Shown here in pieces: positions 49,496 to 59,439 of a stretch of DNA of 64,000 nt. Made by a program: the position numbers and the translations under genes. The notes under the pieces were generated by a model. The model was not told the origin of the DNA, searched no databases, and worked only from the letters and a program-made list of their open reading frames with translations. Position 1 is the first letter of the stretch; every line of letters starts with the position of its first letter. The stretch comes from a bacterium (GTDB lineage: Bacteria; SAR324; NAC60-12): the NCBI GenBank assembly GCA_965205865.1, contig CBDBHR010000029.1, positions 160,001 through 224,000 on the forward strand, written 5' to 3'.

Positions 49496-51586
49496 ATGAA
49501 ACAGCTAAGCAAATCCATTTCTTTTGAAGTTTATGGGGACATTGGAATCCTTATTTCCAACAACCCTCCAGTCAACGCGCTCAGTCATCACGTCCGGCAG
49601 GGATTGTACGATGGCGTAAAAGAAGCCGGCGCCCATGTCGATATCAAGGCAGTGGTCTTGTACTGCGAAGGCCGAACTTTTTTTGCAGGTGCCGATATCT
49701 CCGAATTTGGTAAACCACCGGTGCCTGGAGTTCCAGGATTGAGAGAAGTCCTGGATGCCATGGAAGCCTGTCCCAAGTCGATTGTGGCAGCCATCCATGG
49801 GACAGCACTGGGAGGCGGACTGGAAACCGCCATGGCTTGTCATTACCGGATTGCGACAGCCACCGCCAAAATGGGGCAACCGGAAGTCCACCTTGGTCTG
49901 ATTCCGGGAGCCGGTGGAACCGTGCGTTTACCTCGAATCATGGGCGTACGGAAAGCCTTGGAAATGAATGTCTCAGGTAGCCCCATTGGAGCAGCCGAAG
50001 CCTTGTCATACGGGTTGATCGAAGAAATTGTCCGGGGCGATCTCAAGGAACAGGCGATTGCGTTTGCCCGCAAAATAATGGCGGAAGGCCGACCTTTACT
50101 CAAGATCCGGGACAAAAATGAAAAATTGGAAGAAGCGAAAAACAAGCCGGAATTGTTCGATGATTTCAGGAAAAGCATTGCCCGCAAAAGCCGTGGATTC
50201 AAAGCCCCGGAAGCCATTATCCAAGCCGTGGAAGGCGCAGTTTATTTACCTTTTGAAGAGGCTATGAAGAAAGAAGAAGAGTTGTTTCAGCAATGTCATG
50301 ACAGTGCCGAATCGGAAGCCCAACGCTACTTTTTCTTTATTGAGCGTCTGGCCAACAAAATTCCCGATATTCCAAAAGACACCCCTACCCGGGAAATCAA
50401 GACGGTCGGTATCCTCGGTGCCGGCACTATGGGCGGTGGCATTGCCATGAATTTCGCCAACATGGGAATTCCGGTGAAAATTGTGGAAGCCAGTCGGAAA
50501 CGATTGGAGCAGGGACTGGAAGTGATTCGAAAAAATTATACCAACACGGCAAAAAAAGGACGAATCACTGTACAGGATGTGGAAACACGCATGTCATTGC
50601 TTGAAGGACATCTTGATAAAAAGGTGTTTCATGACGTTGATATGATCATTGAAGCGGTTTTTGAAGACATGGAGCTCAAAAAAACAACTTTTCGGGAGCT
50701 GGACGAAATTTGCAAACCGGGAGCCGTTCTGGCCTCTAACACGTCGTATTTGAATGTGAATGAAATTGCCGGGGAAACTTCCCGTCCCGAAGATGTCCTG
50801 GGGACGCATTTCTTCAGCCCTGCCAATGTGATGAAGCTTTTGGAAATCGTCCGTGGGGATAAAACCTCAAAGGAAGTGATTGCTACGGTGATGAGCCTGG
50901 CTAAGAAGATCAATAAAATCGCCGTCGTCGTGGGGGTGTGCCACGGATTTGTCGGTAACCGCATGTTAGCGGCTCGGGGAGTGGAATCAGGAAACTTGTT
51001 GCAGCACAATGCCTTTCCTCATGAAATCGATCAGGTGATCTACGATTTCGGCTTCCCCATGGGACCCTATGCCATGTCCGATTTGGCTGGCTTGGATATA
51101 GGCTGGAAAGGGGACGAAACTCCGAACAAAGAAATCGATATCCGCCATCAACTTTGTGAACGAGGACGGCGTGGTCAAAAAACAGGCGCTGGATTTTATG
51201 ATTATCAAGGAGGCAGTCGTACTCCGATTCCTAACGCGGAAGTGGAGAGTCTTATCCTTGAAATTTCTGAAATCAAGCAAATCACCCGCACCGCTATTTT
51301 AAAAGAAGACATGCTCAACCGCATGATATATTCCATGGTCAATGAAGCGGCTAAGATATTGGATGAAGGGATCGCCCTGCGACCTTCGGATATCGATGTG
51401 GTCTGGGTCTATGGATACGGATGGCCGGTTTATCGTGGAGGACCTTGCTATTATGCGGATAAGGTGGGACTGAAGAACGTGGTTGCCGCTCTTGAAGGAT
51501 ACGCGAGTCGGTATGGGGCGCATCTGGCTCCCGTCCCTCTCTTGAAGAAGCTGGCGGAGGAAGGTAAGGGATTTAAAGATCTTTAA
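49496..51586 (+). CDS. Bifunctional enoyl-CoA hydratase / 3-hydroxyacyl-CoA dehydrogenase (FadJ/FadB-like)
   Basis: NPPVNAL, FFAGADI, GGGLE, GAGTMGGGI, HFFSPA, GFVGNR; RBS AGGAG. Confidence 0.93.
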   Translation: MKQLSKSISFEVYGDIGILISNNPPVNALSHHVRQGLYDGVKEAGAHVDIKAVVLYCEGRTFFAGADISEFGKPPVPGVPGLREVLDAMEACPKSIVAAIHGTALGGGLETAMACHYRIATATAKMGQPEVHLGLIPGAGGTVRLPRIMGVRKALEMNVSGSPIGAAEALSYGLIEEIVRGDLKEQAIAFARKIMAEGRPLLKIRDKNEKLEEAKNKPELFDDFRKSIARKSRGFKAPEAIIQAVEGAVYLPFEEAMKKEEELFQQCHDSAESEAQRYFFFIERLANKIPDIPKDTPTREIKTVGILGAGTMGGGIAMNFANMGIPVKIVEASRKRLEQGLEVIRKNYTNTAKKGRITVQDVETRMSLLEGHLDKKVFHDVDMIIEAVFEDMELKKTTFRELDEICKPGAVLASNTSYLNVNEIAGETSRPEDVLGTHFFSPANVMKLLEIVRGDKTSKEVIATVMSLAKKINKIAVVVGVCHGFVGNRMLAARGVESGNLLQHNAFPHEIDQVIYDFGFPMGPYAMSDLAGLDIGWKGDETPNKEIDIRHQLCERGRRGQKTGAGFYDYQGGSRTPIPNAEVESLILEISEIKQITRTAILKEDMLNRMIYSMVNEAAKILDEGIALRPSDIDVVWVYGYGWPVYRGGPCYYADKVGLKNVVAALEGYASRYGAHLAPVPLLKKLAEEGKGFKDL

Positions 51587-51604
51587 GAGATTACAGAACT
51601 CTCA

Positions 51605-53779
51605 TCAAAGTGTTACATTGCGCAATCGTAATGCATTTCCGATAACGGAGACGGAACTGAGACTCATGGCCACGCTGGCAATCATGGGACTGAGAAGAAT
51701 ACCGAAGAACGGATAAAGGACACCGGCGGCAATTGGAACTCCCAGTATATTATAGATGAAGGCCAAAAAGAGATTTTGCCGGATGTTGCGCATGGTTGCC
51801 TGACTGAGTTTCCTTGCCCGGATGATGCCCCGTAAATCCCCTTTGAGGAGTGTGATGCCTGCGCTTTCCATGGCCACATCAGTTCCGTTTCCCATTGCAA
51901 TTCCCACATGGGCCTGAGCCAGGGCAGGGGCATCATTGATTCCGTCTCCCGCCATGGCCACCGTGTATCCTTCTACCTGCAAGCCTTTGACGACATCAAC
52001 TTTTTGATCTGGCAAGACTTCTGCTTTTATCTGATCCAAATGGAGCTTGTGGGCAACCACTTCAGCGGTAACCCGGCTGTCTCCCGTGAGCATGATCACC
52101 CGCAGCCCTGCGTCCTGAAGCATTTGGATGGCTTCCGTTGTCGTCTCTTTGATGGGATCTGAGATACCCAGTAATCCGGCAATTTGGTTTCCGATGGCGG
52201 CAAACACGACGGTTTGACCATCTTGACGCAGTAATTCGGCTTGACCAGCCAGGGAACTGCGATCTATATTCAATGCTTCCAGAAGCTTTTGATTTCCCAC
52301 CGCTACCTGTTTACCAGCAACAATCCCCATCACTCCTTTGCCTGGAATCGCCTGGAAATGTTCAACGTCGGAGAAAGGAATGTTCTTATCCAGCGCATTT
52401 GTGACAATTGCTTCTGCCAGTGGATGTTCACTGCTGCGCTCGATACTTCCCGTCCATTGAAGTAATGCTTCTTCCGTAATAGAGGGAACCGGAACAATCG
52501 CCGTCAAATGGGGCTTCCCTTCTGTCAGAGTTCCGGTTTTATCAACAACCAGCGCATTTACTTTCTCCATCGTTTCCAAGGCTTCGGCGGTTTTAATCAA
52601 CACTCCACTCGTGGCGCCTCTGCCGGTTGCCACCATAATGGACATGGGAGTCGCCAGTCCCAGCGCGCAGGGACAAGCGATGATCAGTACGGCTACCGCA
52701 TTGAGCAAGGCAAAAGCCATCGCCGGTTTGGGACCAAATATTCCCCAAAGGATTGTTGTCAGGATGGCAATCAAAACCACGGTCGGTACAAAGTATTTCG
52801 CAACAAGATCAACCAGACCTTGGATAGGAGCTTTACTGCGCTGCGCGTCACTGACCATCTTGACGATTTGCGCCAAAATCGTTTCTTTTCCCACTCGCCC
52901 GACTTCCATGATAAAACTTCCCGTCCCATTGACGGTCGCTCCAATGATATTGTCTCCTTTTTGCTTTTTAACGGGAATGGATTCGCCAGTGACCATCGAT
53001 TCGTCCACGACGCTGCTTCCTTCCAAAACCACTCCATCAATAGGGATCTTTTCCCCGGGACGAACCCGCAGGTGATCACCAGGTTGCGCATCTTCCAGGA
53101 AGATTTTTTCCTCGGAGCCACCTTCCCGAATCACATGTGCCGTTTTTGGCGCCAATGCCAGCAGGGCCCGGATCGCATTGTTGGTCTGATTGCGGGCGCG
53201 AAGTTCGATGACCTGCCCCAGCAATACCAACACCGTGATGACGACTGCCGCTTCAAAATAGACGGCAACCCCTCCTTCGTGTTCCCGGAAGGATTCCGGA
53301 AAAATATCCGGAAAAAGGATCGCCACCACACTGTAGACATAGGCCACGCCCGTTCCCAGCGCAACCAAGGAATACATATTCAAACTGCGATTGACCAGCG
53401 ACATCCAACCCCTCTCGAAAAGCGGCCTGCCACTCAGGAAAACCACTGGCGTGGCCAAAACCAGTTGGGTCCAAGACAACCATGTTCCAGGTATCATCTT
53501 TTGAAGAGGCTGCCCCGCTATCATTTCCGACATAGCCATAAAAAAAACGGGAAGCCCGAAACAAAGACCCAGCCACATACGTCGCGTCATATCATTTAAT
53601 TCCGTATTGTCTTCCTCCTCCTTACTAATGGCGAATGACTGCAATGCCATGCCGCACATGGGACAGGGTCCCGGTCGTTCCCGGAGAATTTCCGGATGCA
53701 TGGGACAGGCGTATTCCGCTTTCGTCCCTCTTCTCGATGAAGGAGGAGCGGTATCCGCTGAAGTGTGGTCCATTTTCAT
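51605..53779 (-). CDS. copA: Cu(+)-translocating P1B-type ATPase
   Basis: CPMHP...CPMCGM metal-binding domain, [33 protein letters not shown]. Confidence 0.93.
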   Translation of the reverse strand: MKMDHTSADTAPPSSRRGTKAEYACPMHPEILRERPGPCPMCGMALQSFAISKEEEDNTELNDMTRRMWLGLCFGLPVFFMAMSEMIAGQPLQKMIPGTWLSWTQLVLATPVVFLSGRPLFERGWMSLVNRSLNMYSLVALGTGVAYVYSVVAILFPDIFPESFREHEGGVAVYFEAAVVITVLVLLGQVIELRARNQTNNAIRALLALAPKTAHVIREGGSEEKIFLEDAQPGDHLRVRPGEKIPIDGVVLEGSSVVDESMVTGESIPVKKQKGDNIIGATVNGTGSFIMEVGRVGKETILAQIVKMVSDAQRSKAPIQGLVDLVAKYFVPTVVLIAILTTILWGIFGPKPAMAFALLNAVAVLIIACPCALGLATPMSIMVATGRGATSGVLIKTAEALETMEKVNALVVDKTGTLTEGKPHLTAIVPVPSITEEALLQWTGSIERSSEHPLAEAIVTNALDKNIPFSDVEHFQAIPGKGVMGIVAGKQVAVGNQKLLEALNIDRSSLAGQAELLRQDGQTVVFAAIGNQIAGLLGISDPIKETTTEAIQMLQDAGLRVIMLTGDSRVTAEVVAHKLHLDQIKAEVLPDQKVDVVKGLQVEGYTVAMAGDGINDAPALAQAHVGIAMGNGTDVAMESAGITLLKGDLRGIIRARKLSQATMRNIRQNLFLAFIYNILGVPIAAGVLYPFFGILLSPMIASVAMSLSSVSVIGNALRLRNVTL

Positions 53780-53806
53780 CTTCTGACTCTTAAAAAACTG
53801 GGGGTT

Positions 53807-54229
53807 TTATTTCTTTCGTCCAAACAAGCGCAGCTGTTTGTATTTTTTACGATGGAGGCCCAGCATTGCATCACGCAGGGTTTTTTGCAATTTTTCCTTC
53901 TGATGGTTTTGCAGCCCTTCACGCCTGAGGACATGGATGCGGGATAGGTAGTCGTATCCTTTGAGCAGTGAAGGTTGGTTGGTGCGGGAATTAAAATACT
54001 GATGGGCTTCCAAGGCCATTTTTTCACGGCAGGCTGCGCAGAGGGCAATGAGATTCTCTCTGCTATGGTTGTATTCGTTTCCATCCATCGCAAAAATGGT
54101 AAGCGCACTTTCTTTTCCGGCAGTGGCGTGTTTTATCGAGCAGCAGGCGCAACCCCATCCAAAATCGCTTTTAATTTCCTCTGCCAGGGCTTCCCATTGG
54201 GTGCGGGATTTGGATTTTTCATTCGCCAT
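53807..54229 (-). CDS. Hypothetical protein with degenerate HNH-like Zn-finger
   Basis: CACC...LTIFAMDGNEYNHSRENLIALCAAC has HNH spacing but lacks the His residues; start 54229-54241. Confidence 0.5.
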   Translation of the reverse strand: MANEKSKSRTQWEALAEEIKSDFGWGCACCSIKHATAGKESALTIFAMDGNEYNHSRENLIALCAACREKMALEAHQYFNSRTNQPSLLKGYDYLSRIHVLRREGLQNHQKEKLQKTLRDAMLGLHRKKYKQLRLFGRKK

Positions 54230-54318
54230 CACTCTCTTCAAATGAAAATTACTAAGGCTAAACTCCTGAATTTATTCTTTCGTAAAATTTGATTTCAGCA
54301 GCTTCAATCAAAGCAAAT

Positions 54319-55575
54319 TCATCCGGTTGACTTCATTTCAGGGACATCTTGCTTTTCTGTCAGTGGCATAGAACGCGTCCACATCAGCAAGATGACCAGG
54401 ATGCAGAGACCCCCACCCACTCCAACAGGCCATCCCAGACTGAAAAAACCGGACAGCCAGCCCATCAGTAGAGCGCCTATGGCAGGACCACCTCGAAAGA
54501 TCATACCCCAGAGACTGAGCACCCGACCTCTCATTTTTCCTGGCACTGCATGTTGGATCAGTGTTTGCGTGGAAACCCCAAATGTCACCATGGTGATCCC
54601 GGAAATGGCCATCGCCATTACTGCAACCCAGAATTGATCAGTACTTGCAAAAATCATCATGAACAATCCGGAGATTGCCAGGCTGACCATCGCAATTGTC
54701 AGCAGCCCGTCATGCTTGCCCCTCTGAGCAACCCAAACACCTCCGACAATGGCGCCCAACCCAACCGCCGAGGTCAGGATGGATAAACCCGCAGCGCCCC
54801 GGTGAAAAACTTCATCCGCAAAACCGGGTAGAAGTTCAAAGACCGGCCGACAAAGGAAAGAAGCGGTTAGCATGAAAATCATGATCCGCATCACGATCGG
54901 ATGCGAAATGGCATAGCGCATTCCATGCATCGCGTCAGTGAAGATTCCTTTATGCCGTGATGCCAATTCTTGCGCTGGTAAACGGAGAAATAGTAAAGCA
55001 AGGATCATCGTTAGAAATGTCATGGCATTGATTGCAAAAGCAACTGCCACTCCATAACCGCTAATTACCAACCCAGCGATTGCCGGACCGATGAAACGAG
55101 CCAGGTTGAACATCACTGAATTGATCGCAATCGCCGAAGCCATGTCATGGCTCCGCACTAAGCTGTGGACCAGTGAGAGGCGAGCCGGCAAATTCAGCGA
55201 AATAACAATCCCATGAAACAAAGAGGCCAGAAAAAGTCCATAGATGTTGATCCAGTCGAATGCAGTGAGAAGACACAACACAATTGCTTGAATCAACGCC
55301 AGGATTGCGCACAGCTGTAAAATCGTTCGCCGGTCGTACCAATCGGCGATCACACCGGCAAAGGGGGCAACGATTATAACTGGAAAAAGATCGGCAAAAG
55401 CTACCGCTCCCAGCCAAAACCCGGATTTGGTTAGCTCCCAAGCCAACCACCCCACCGCCAGACGTTGCACCCAAACACCAATCAAGGAAAAGGCATTCCC
55501 GCAGGTGTAGATGGCATAATTACGATTTAAAAACAAACTGTGAATTGCTGACAATCCTGAAATAGCGTTACTCAT
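54319..55575 (-). CDS. MFS transporter (MFS_3/EntS-like)
   Basis: About 12 TM segments, AGVIADWYDRR, NLARFIGPAIAG, MRGRVLS. Confidence 0.9.
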   Translation of the reverse strand: MSNAISGLSAIHSLFLNRNYAIYTCGNAFSLIGVWVQRLAVGWLAWELTKSGFWLGAVAFADLFPVIIVAPFAGVIADWYDRRTILQLCAILALIQAIVLCLLTAFDWINIYGLFLASLFHGIVISLNLPARLSLVHSLVRSHDMASAIAINSVMFNLARFIGPAIAGLVISGYGVAVAFAINAMTFLTMILALLFLRLPAQELASRHKGIFTDAMHGMRYAISHPIVMRIMIFMLTASFLCRPVFELLPGFADEVFHRGAAGLSILTSAVGLGAIVGGVWVAQRGKHDGLLTIAMVSLAISGLFMMIFASTDQFWVAVMAMAISGITMVTFGVSTQTLIQHAVPGKMRGRVLSLWGMIFRGGPAIGALLMGWLSGFFSLGWPVGVGGGLCILVILLMWTRSMPLTEKQDVPEMKSTG

Positions 55576-55611
55576 AAAATTATTGTTCCAAGTTGATTAG
55601 TTCGTTGATTT

Positions 55612-55682
55612 GTCGTCCCTGACAAGATCCGGGATCCGGATAGCGTGGCATGCGCAGGTTTCCTGGTCAATCCGGGAATGAA
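55612..55682. repeat. Degenerate palindromic intergenic element (REP-like)
   Basis: gtcgtccctgacaagatccgggatcc ... ggtttcctggtcaatccgggaatgaa resembles a decayed GTCATCCCGGACTTGATCCGGGATCC...GGATCAAGTCCGGGATGAC-type palindrome (consensus from recall). Confidence 0.45.
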
Positions 55683-55703
55683 AAAATAGAAAATCACAGG
55701 CTA

Positions 55704-56333
55704 CTATTTAGTGCGATAAAGCCGGTCTCCGGCATCTCCCAAACCGGGTAGGATGTAGCCATGATCGTTGAGCCTCTCGTCAATGGCTGCGGTGTAAATC
55801 GCCACATCCGGATGGTGTTTTCGCAATTCTTCGGTGCCTTCTCGCGCAGCCAGCAGACAAACAAATTTCAATGATCGGGGTTTCACTGATTTGAGACGGT
55901 CCAAGGCTGCGGATGCGGAATGCCCGGTGGCCAGCATCGGGTCTACGACAATCAAATCCTTTCCAGCAACGTCTGGCGGCATTTTAAAATAATATTCCAC
56001 GGCAGCCAGAGTTTTGGGATCTCGATAGAGGCCAATGTGCCCAACCCTTGCTGAAGGCACCAACTGAAGCATGCCATCCAAAATCCCATTGCCTGCTCTC
56101 AAGATGGAGACTAATACCAGATTTTTACCGTCAAAAAACGGAGCATTCATGGGACATAAAGGTGTTTCGATATCTGCAAAATATAGAGGGAAATCGCGTG
56201 TCACTTCATAAGCCAGCAAGGTGCTGATTTCTTTGAGTAGATCCCGAAACTGGTTGCAACTGGTTTCCTTTTGCCTCATCAGGCTCAACTTATGTTGTAC
56301 AAGAGGATGTGAAATGACCGTTACTTCAGACAA
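55704..56333 (-). CDS. upp: Uracil phosphoribosyltransferase
   Basis: [39 protein letters not shown] start. Confidence 0.96.
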   Translation of the reverse strand: MSEVTVISHPLVQHKLSLMRQKETSCNQFRDLLKEISTLLAYEVTRDFPLYFADIETPLCPMNAPFFDGKNLVLVSILRAGNGILDGMLQLVPSARVGHIGLYRDPKTLAAVEYYFKMPPDVAGKDLIVVDPMLATGHSASAALDRLKSVKPRSLKFVCLLAAREGTEELRKHHPDVAIYTAAIDERLNDHGYILPGLGDAGDRLYRTK

Positions 56334-56713
56334 CGCAACTTTCCTTTCTTTTGAGTGTATTCGAAGACCGTCCCATCAGTGAAGACGAAATCCGCTTTGT
56401 GGCTGCGGCAGGAGTCTTCCGGATTTTTGAATTGGATAACATTCTGATGCATAAAGAGTCATCCATTCCGGTATTCGGTTAATAAGAATCCAAGGAAATA
56501 ATTTTGCTGGGATCTGCCCAAATCGGATGGGACCAATTATGCTGGTAATGGCTGTGTTTGTCAGATCGGACTTATGTTCCAGGTCCGGTTTACGCGCCGT
56601 CGCGCCCTGTGCTCGATAGATGGCAAACGATCCTGAATGGGCGCCAATTACATTACGATGAGCTCGCTTGCCGACACTGTCAGTAATGGGTCCCCCTCGT
56701 CAATCACGATCGC

Positions 56714-57751
56714 TCAGGCAGCAGGCCGGATATGTACTTTGATGGATTGACTTTTCTTGTCAAGAGCAGCCGCAAAGGCTTGGTTGACTTCATTCAATGC
56801 GAAACGGTGGGTTACGAGAGCGCGAGCCGCTTCCCCATGATCGCTGAGAATTTCCAAAGCCATTTGGTAATTGGCTTTGCCACTCATGTTGCCATAAAGC
56901 ACGGCGCCAATGATGGCTCGATCCATAATTTGAAACGATTTGAATGCAACTGTCGGGGAAAAAAACACTCCCAAGACCAAAACTCGTCCCAGGGGTCGTA
57001 CGCTGCACAAGGCTTGATTGAGCGTATCACCATGCCCCCCCACAGTTTCAATGGCCAGATCGAACGCATCTTGCTTGACCAGTTCAGCCAAACGTTCTCG
57101 TCCTGTTTCATCATCACCCAACACTTCGTCAGCGCCCAATTGCCTGGCGAGTTCTTGCTGTTGTTGGTGGCGAGCAATGATTATGGCATTCGCGCCAAGC
57201 GCTTTCACGTTGATCAAGGCCCCCAGTCCAACCGTACCCGCTCCGACAATCAAAGCAGTTTCATAAAAGCGTAAATCGACTCGCTCCAGGCCATAGACAG
57301 AGCAGGTCAACGGTTCGGCAAGGGCGGCAAGTTCGCTATCAAAGCCTCGAGGAGCCTTGAAGGCGGTGTAACCCGGCACATTGACATATTCGCTCATTCC
57401 GCCATCGTATGATTCTCCGACGACCCCACGCTTTCTACAAACCTGGTAAGCGCCGGTCATACAGAATCGGCAAGTGCCACAACGAGTCACTGGTTCGATT
57501 CCCACCATGTCTCCTTCGCACAAATGTTTCACATTGCTGCCCACGGCGCTCACCACTCCTCCGATTTCATGACCGGGGACTGCACCGAAGGTGACAGGCT
57601 TGTCTCCCCGTACGTAATGCAGGTCAGAGCCGCAAATACCGGCGCTGCCAACCCGGACCTGGACTTGATCCGGTTGGGGATCTGAAACCGAAATCTTTTC
57701 TACTTGTAAGTCACGGGATTCCAACCATCGCGCGGCTAAATTTTCCTTCAT
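56714..57751 (-). CDS. Zn-dependent medium-chain alcohol dehydrogenase
   Basis: GICGSD, GHE, CGTCRFC...C, GAGTVG. Confidence 0.92.
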   Translation of the reverse strand: MKENLAARWLESRDLQVEKISVSDPQPDQVQVRVGSAGICGSDLHYVRGDKPVTFGAVPGHEIGGVVSAVGSNVKHLCEGDMVGIEPVTRCGTCRFCMTGAYQVCRKRGVVGESYDGGMSEYVNVPGYTAFKAPRGFDSELAALAEPLTCSVYGLERVDLRFYETALIVGAGTVGLGALINVKALGANAIIIARHQQQQELARQLGADEVLGDDETGRERLAELVKQDAFDLAIETVGGHGDTLNQALCSVRPLGRVLVLGVFFSPTVAFKSFQIMDRAIIGAVLYGNMSGKANYQMALEILSDHGEAARALVTHRFALNEVNQAFAAALDKKSQSIKVHIRPAA

Positions 57752-57855
57752 GGATATCTCCTGTTATTAATGAATGATTACAGCTCTTTACTTGCCTGCT
57801 ATTAGTTTTTCTCGTTCCGTACTTCCTTTGATCAATTCTGGGTAAGGAGCCATTC

Positions 57856-58413
57856 TCACTCTTCTTTCTCCTGGAACTCTTCCTCTTCCTCCTGTTGTAC
57901 GTGATCTTCCAAAGGGATTGCGCAGAAATCGGACAAAGTCTGCGCCGTTTTCCGCAATTCTTTAATGCCGGAACCCTTGGCCATATCCAACTTATGAATG
58001 GCATTGTCCTCTGTTTCGATGGCAAGGGATGCAGCCTTACGACCGACGAGTAATCCACCTCGTTTTCCCCTGGTCTGGCTGATGCCTCGTGGAAACTCAT
58101 CGAGTGAAATGCGCTTCAGACTATTCAGCGGTTTTTGATTCCTGGAATAAAAAAAAATAAACCCGACATGGCGTTCAAACAGATTGGTTTCTTTATCAAA
58201 AATCCAGCGCTCCAAATACATAGAGGCGATCAAGCAGATCAAACAAAGGCTGAGAGCCAGAAAATTCTCTCTGACGAATACAGGTCCATCGACTTCTCCC
58301 ACAATTATGGCGAAGAGAAGTACTGCAGAGCCAAAAAAAATAATGCGGAATCCATTGGAAGTGGCATAAACCATCCTCTCTTCCCCTTCGGTATTTAAGA
58401 CTGGACCAAACAT
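57856..58413 (-). CDS. Hypothetical membrane protein (2 TM)
   Basis: ATG 58413 after RBS AAGGAG; two hydrophobic segments followed by a soluble domain. Confidence 0.65.
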   Translation of the reverse strand: MFGPVLNTEGEERMVYATSNGFRIIFFGSAVLLFAIIVGEVDGPVFVRENFLALSLCLICLIASMYLERWIFDKETNLFERHVGFIFFYSRNQKPLNSLKRISLDEFPRGISQTRGKRGGLLVGRKAASLAIETEDNAIHKLDMAKGSGIKELRKTAQTLSDFCAIPLEDHVQQEEEEEFQEKEE

Positions 58414-58429
58414 GATTCCATCTCCTTTG

Positions 58430-59422
58430 TCAGTTGAAATCGAACAACTCGATTTCAAAAATAAGAGTTTCGTTGGCACCGATGTTACCTCCTGACCCTC
58501 TTTTTCCATAAGCGAGTTCGGGGGGAATAACCACTTCCCAGCGGGAGCCCACCGGCATTAACTGTAATACTTCTCTCCATCCACGGATGATACCTCTCAA
58601 ATTAAAGGTGATGGGTTTTCCTTCTCCGGAGCCGTCGAACTGCGTGCCATTGATTAGACGACCCGTGTAGTGTACTTGCGCATTGTCTTGCGGACCGGGA
58701 GTTGACCCGCTACCTTCTTTGAGGACCCGATATTGTATACCACTTTCCAATTCAACTACGCCTGGCTTTTGCCGGTTTTTTTCCCGATACGCATCTCCTC
58801 GCTCCCGGTTGGCCCGAGCAAGGTCGGCTGCCTTTTTCAGTTTTTCTTGTTCCTTGGGATCTACGGGTTTTATTTCTTCGTCCGGGTCCGGGTAAGGGGG
58901 GTCTAATACCAGGCGTTCCAAGACGTGATACCAGCTTTCGTGAACGGTGTAGATGTCCCGAGATGCGCGAAGCCGGACATAATAGCCCTGACGATCGGGG
59001 GTGGGATCTCCAACATCGATCTCGATCGTTTTCTGATTCTCCAAAGTCAGATCGATTTGCATGTGGGGGGGTGTCATGCCATAAACTTCAAGCTGTTCAT
59101 CGGTGGCATTGGCAGCAATCCTTCGCTCAGCGCCCGGACCACTCAGCAACAGCGGGATACCGCCACCCCAGCGCTCCATATTTACTTTTGGTCCATCCGG
59201 CTCATCAAAATACCAGTAGCGATCGTCGTGCTTGACCCAAGACTCGCTTCTCTCTCGCGGAGGAATACTGATCGACATTTTCGCTAATTCTTCCATTTCC
59301 ACGTCCCAGACAAAGGGACGGGGTTCAGTGGGAGGGGGGGGGTCGGTTTGACTGCTGTAATAATAAACCACACCCAATACCACCAGAAAAACTGCTAAAG
59401 CGAGAAGACTGCGCAGACCCAT
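58430..59422 (-). CDS. DUF4340-like domain fused to FKBP-type peptidyl-prolyl isomerase
   Basis: N-terminal anchor; LEVYGM.PP...VGDPTP...YYVR; then LESGIQY, VHYTGRL..GTQFD, IRGW, IPPELAYG, LIFEIEL. Confidence 0.82.
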   Translation of the reverse strand: MGLRSLLALAVFLVVLGVVYYYSSQTDPPPPTEPRPFVWDVEMEELAKMSISIPPRERSESWVKHDDRYWYFDEPDGPKVNMERWGGGIPLLLSGPGAERRIAANATDEQLEVYGMTPPHMQIDLTLENQKTIEIDVGDPTPDRQGYYVRLRASRDIYTVHESWYHVLERLVLDPPYPDPDEEIKPVDPKEQEKLKKAADLARANRERGDAYREKNRQKPGVVELESGIQYRVLKEGSGSTPGPQDNAQVHYTGRLINGTQFDGSGEGKPITFNLRGIIRGWREVLQLMPVGSRWEVVIPPELAYGKRGSGGNIGANETLIFEIELFDFN

Positions 59423-59439
59423 AAACTTTCTCTCCTAAA

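Noticed and set aside
56321-56452. 43-codon minus-strand ORF (MHQNVIQFKNPEDSC...) overlapping the upp start
   Set aside because: No clear RBS or recognisable motif; could be chance.
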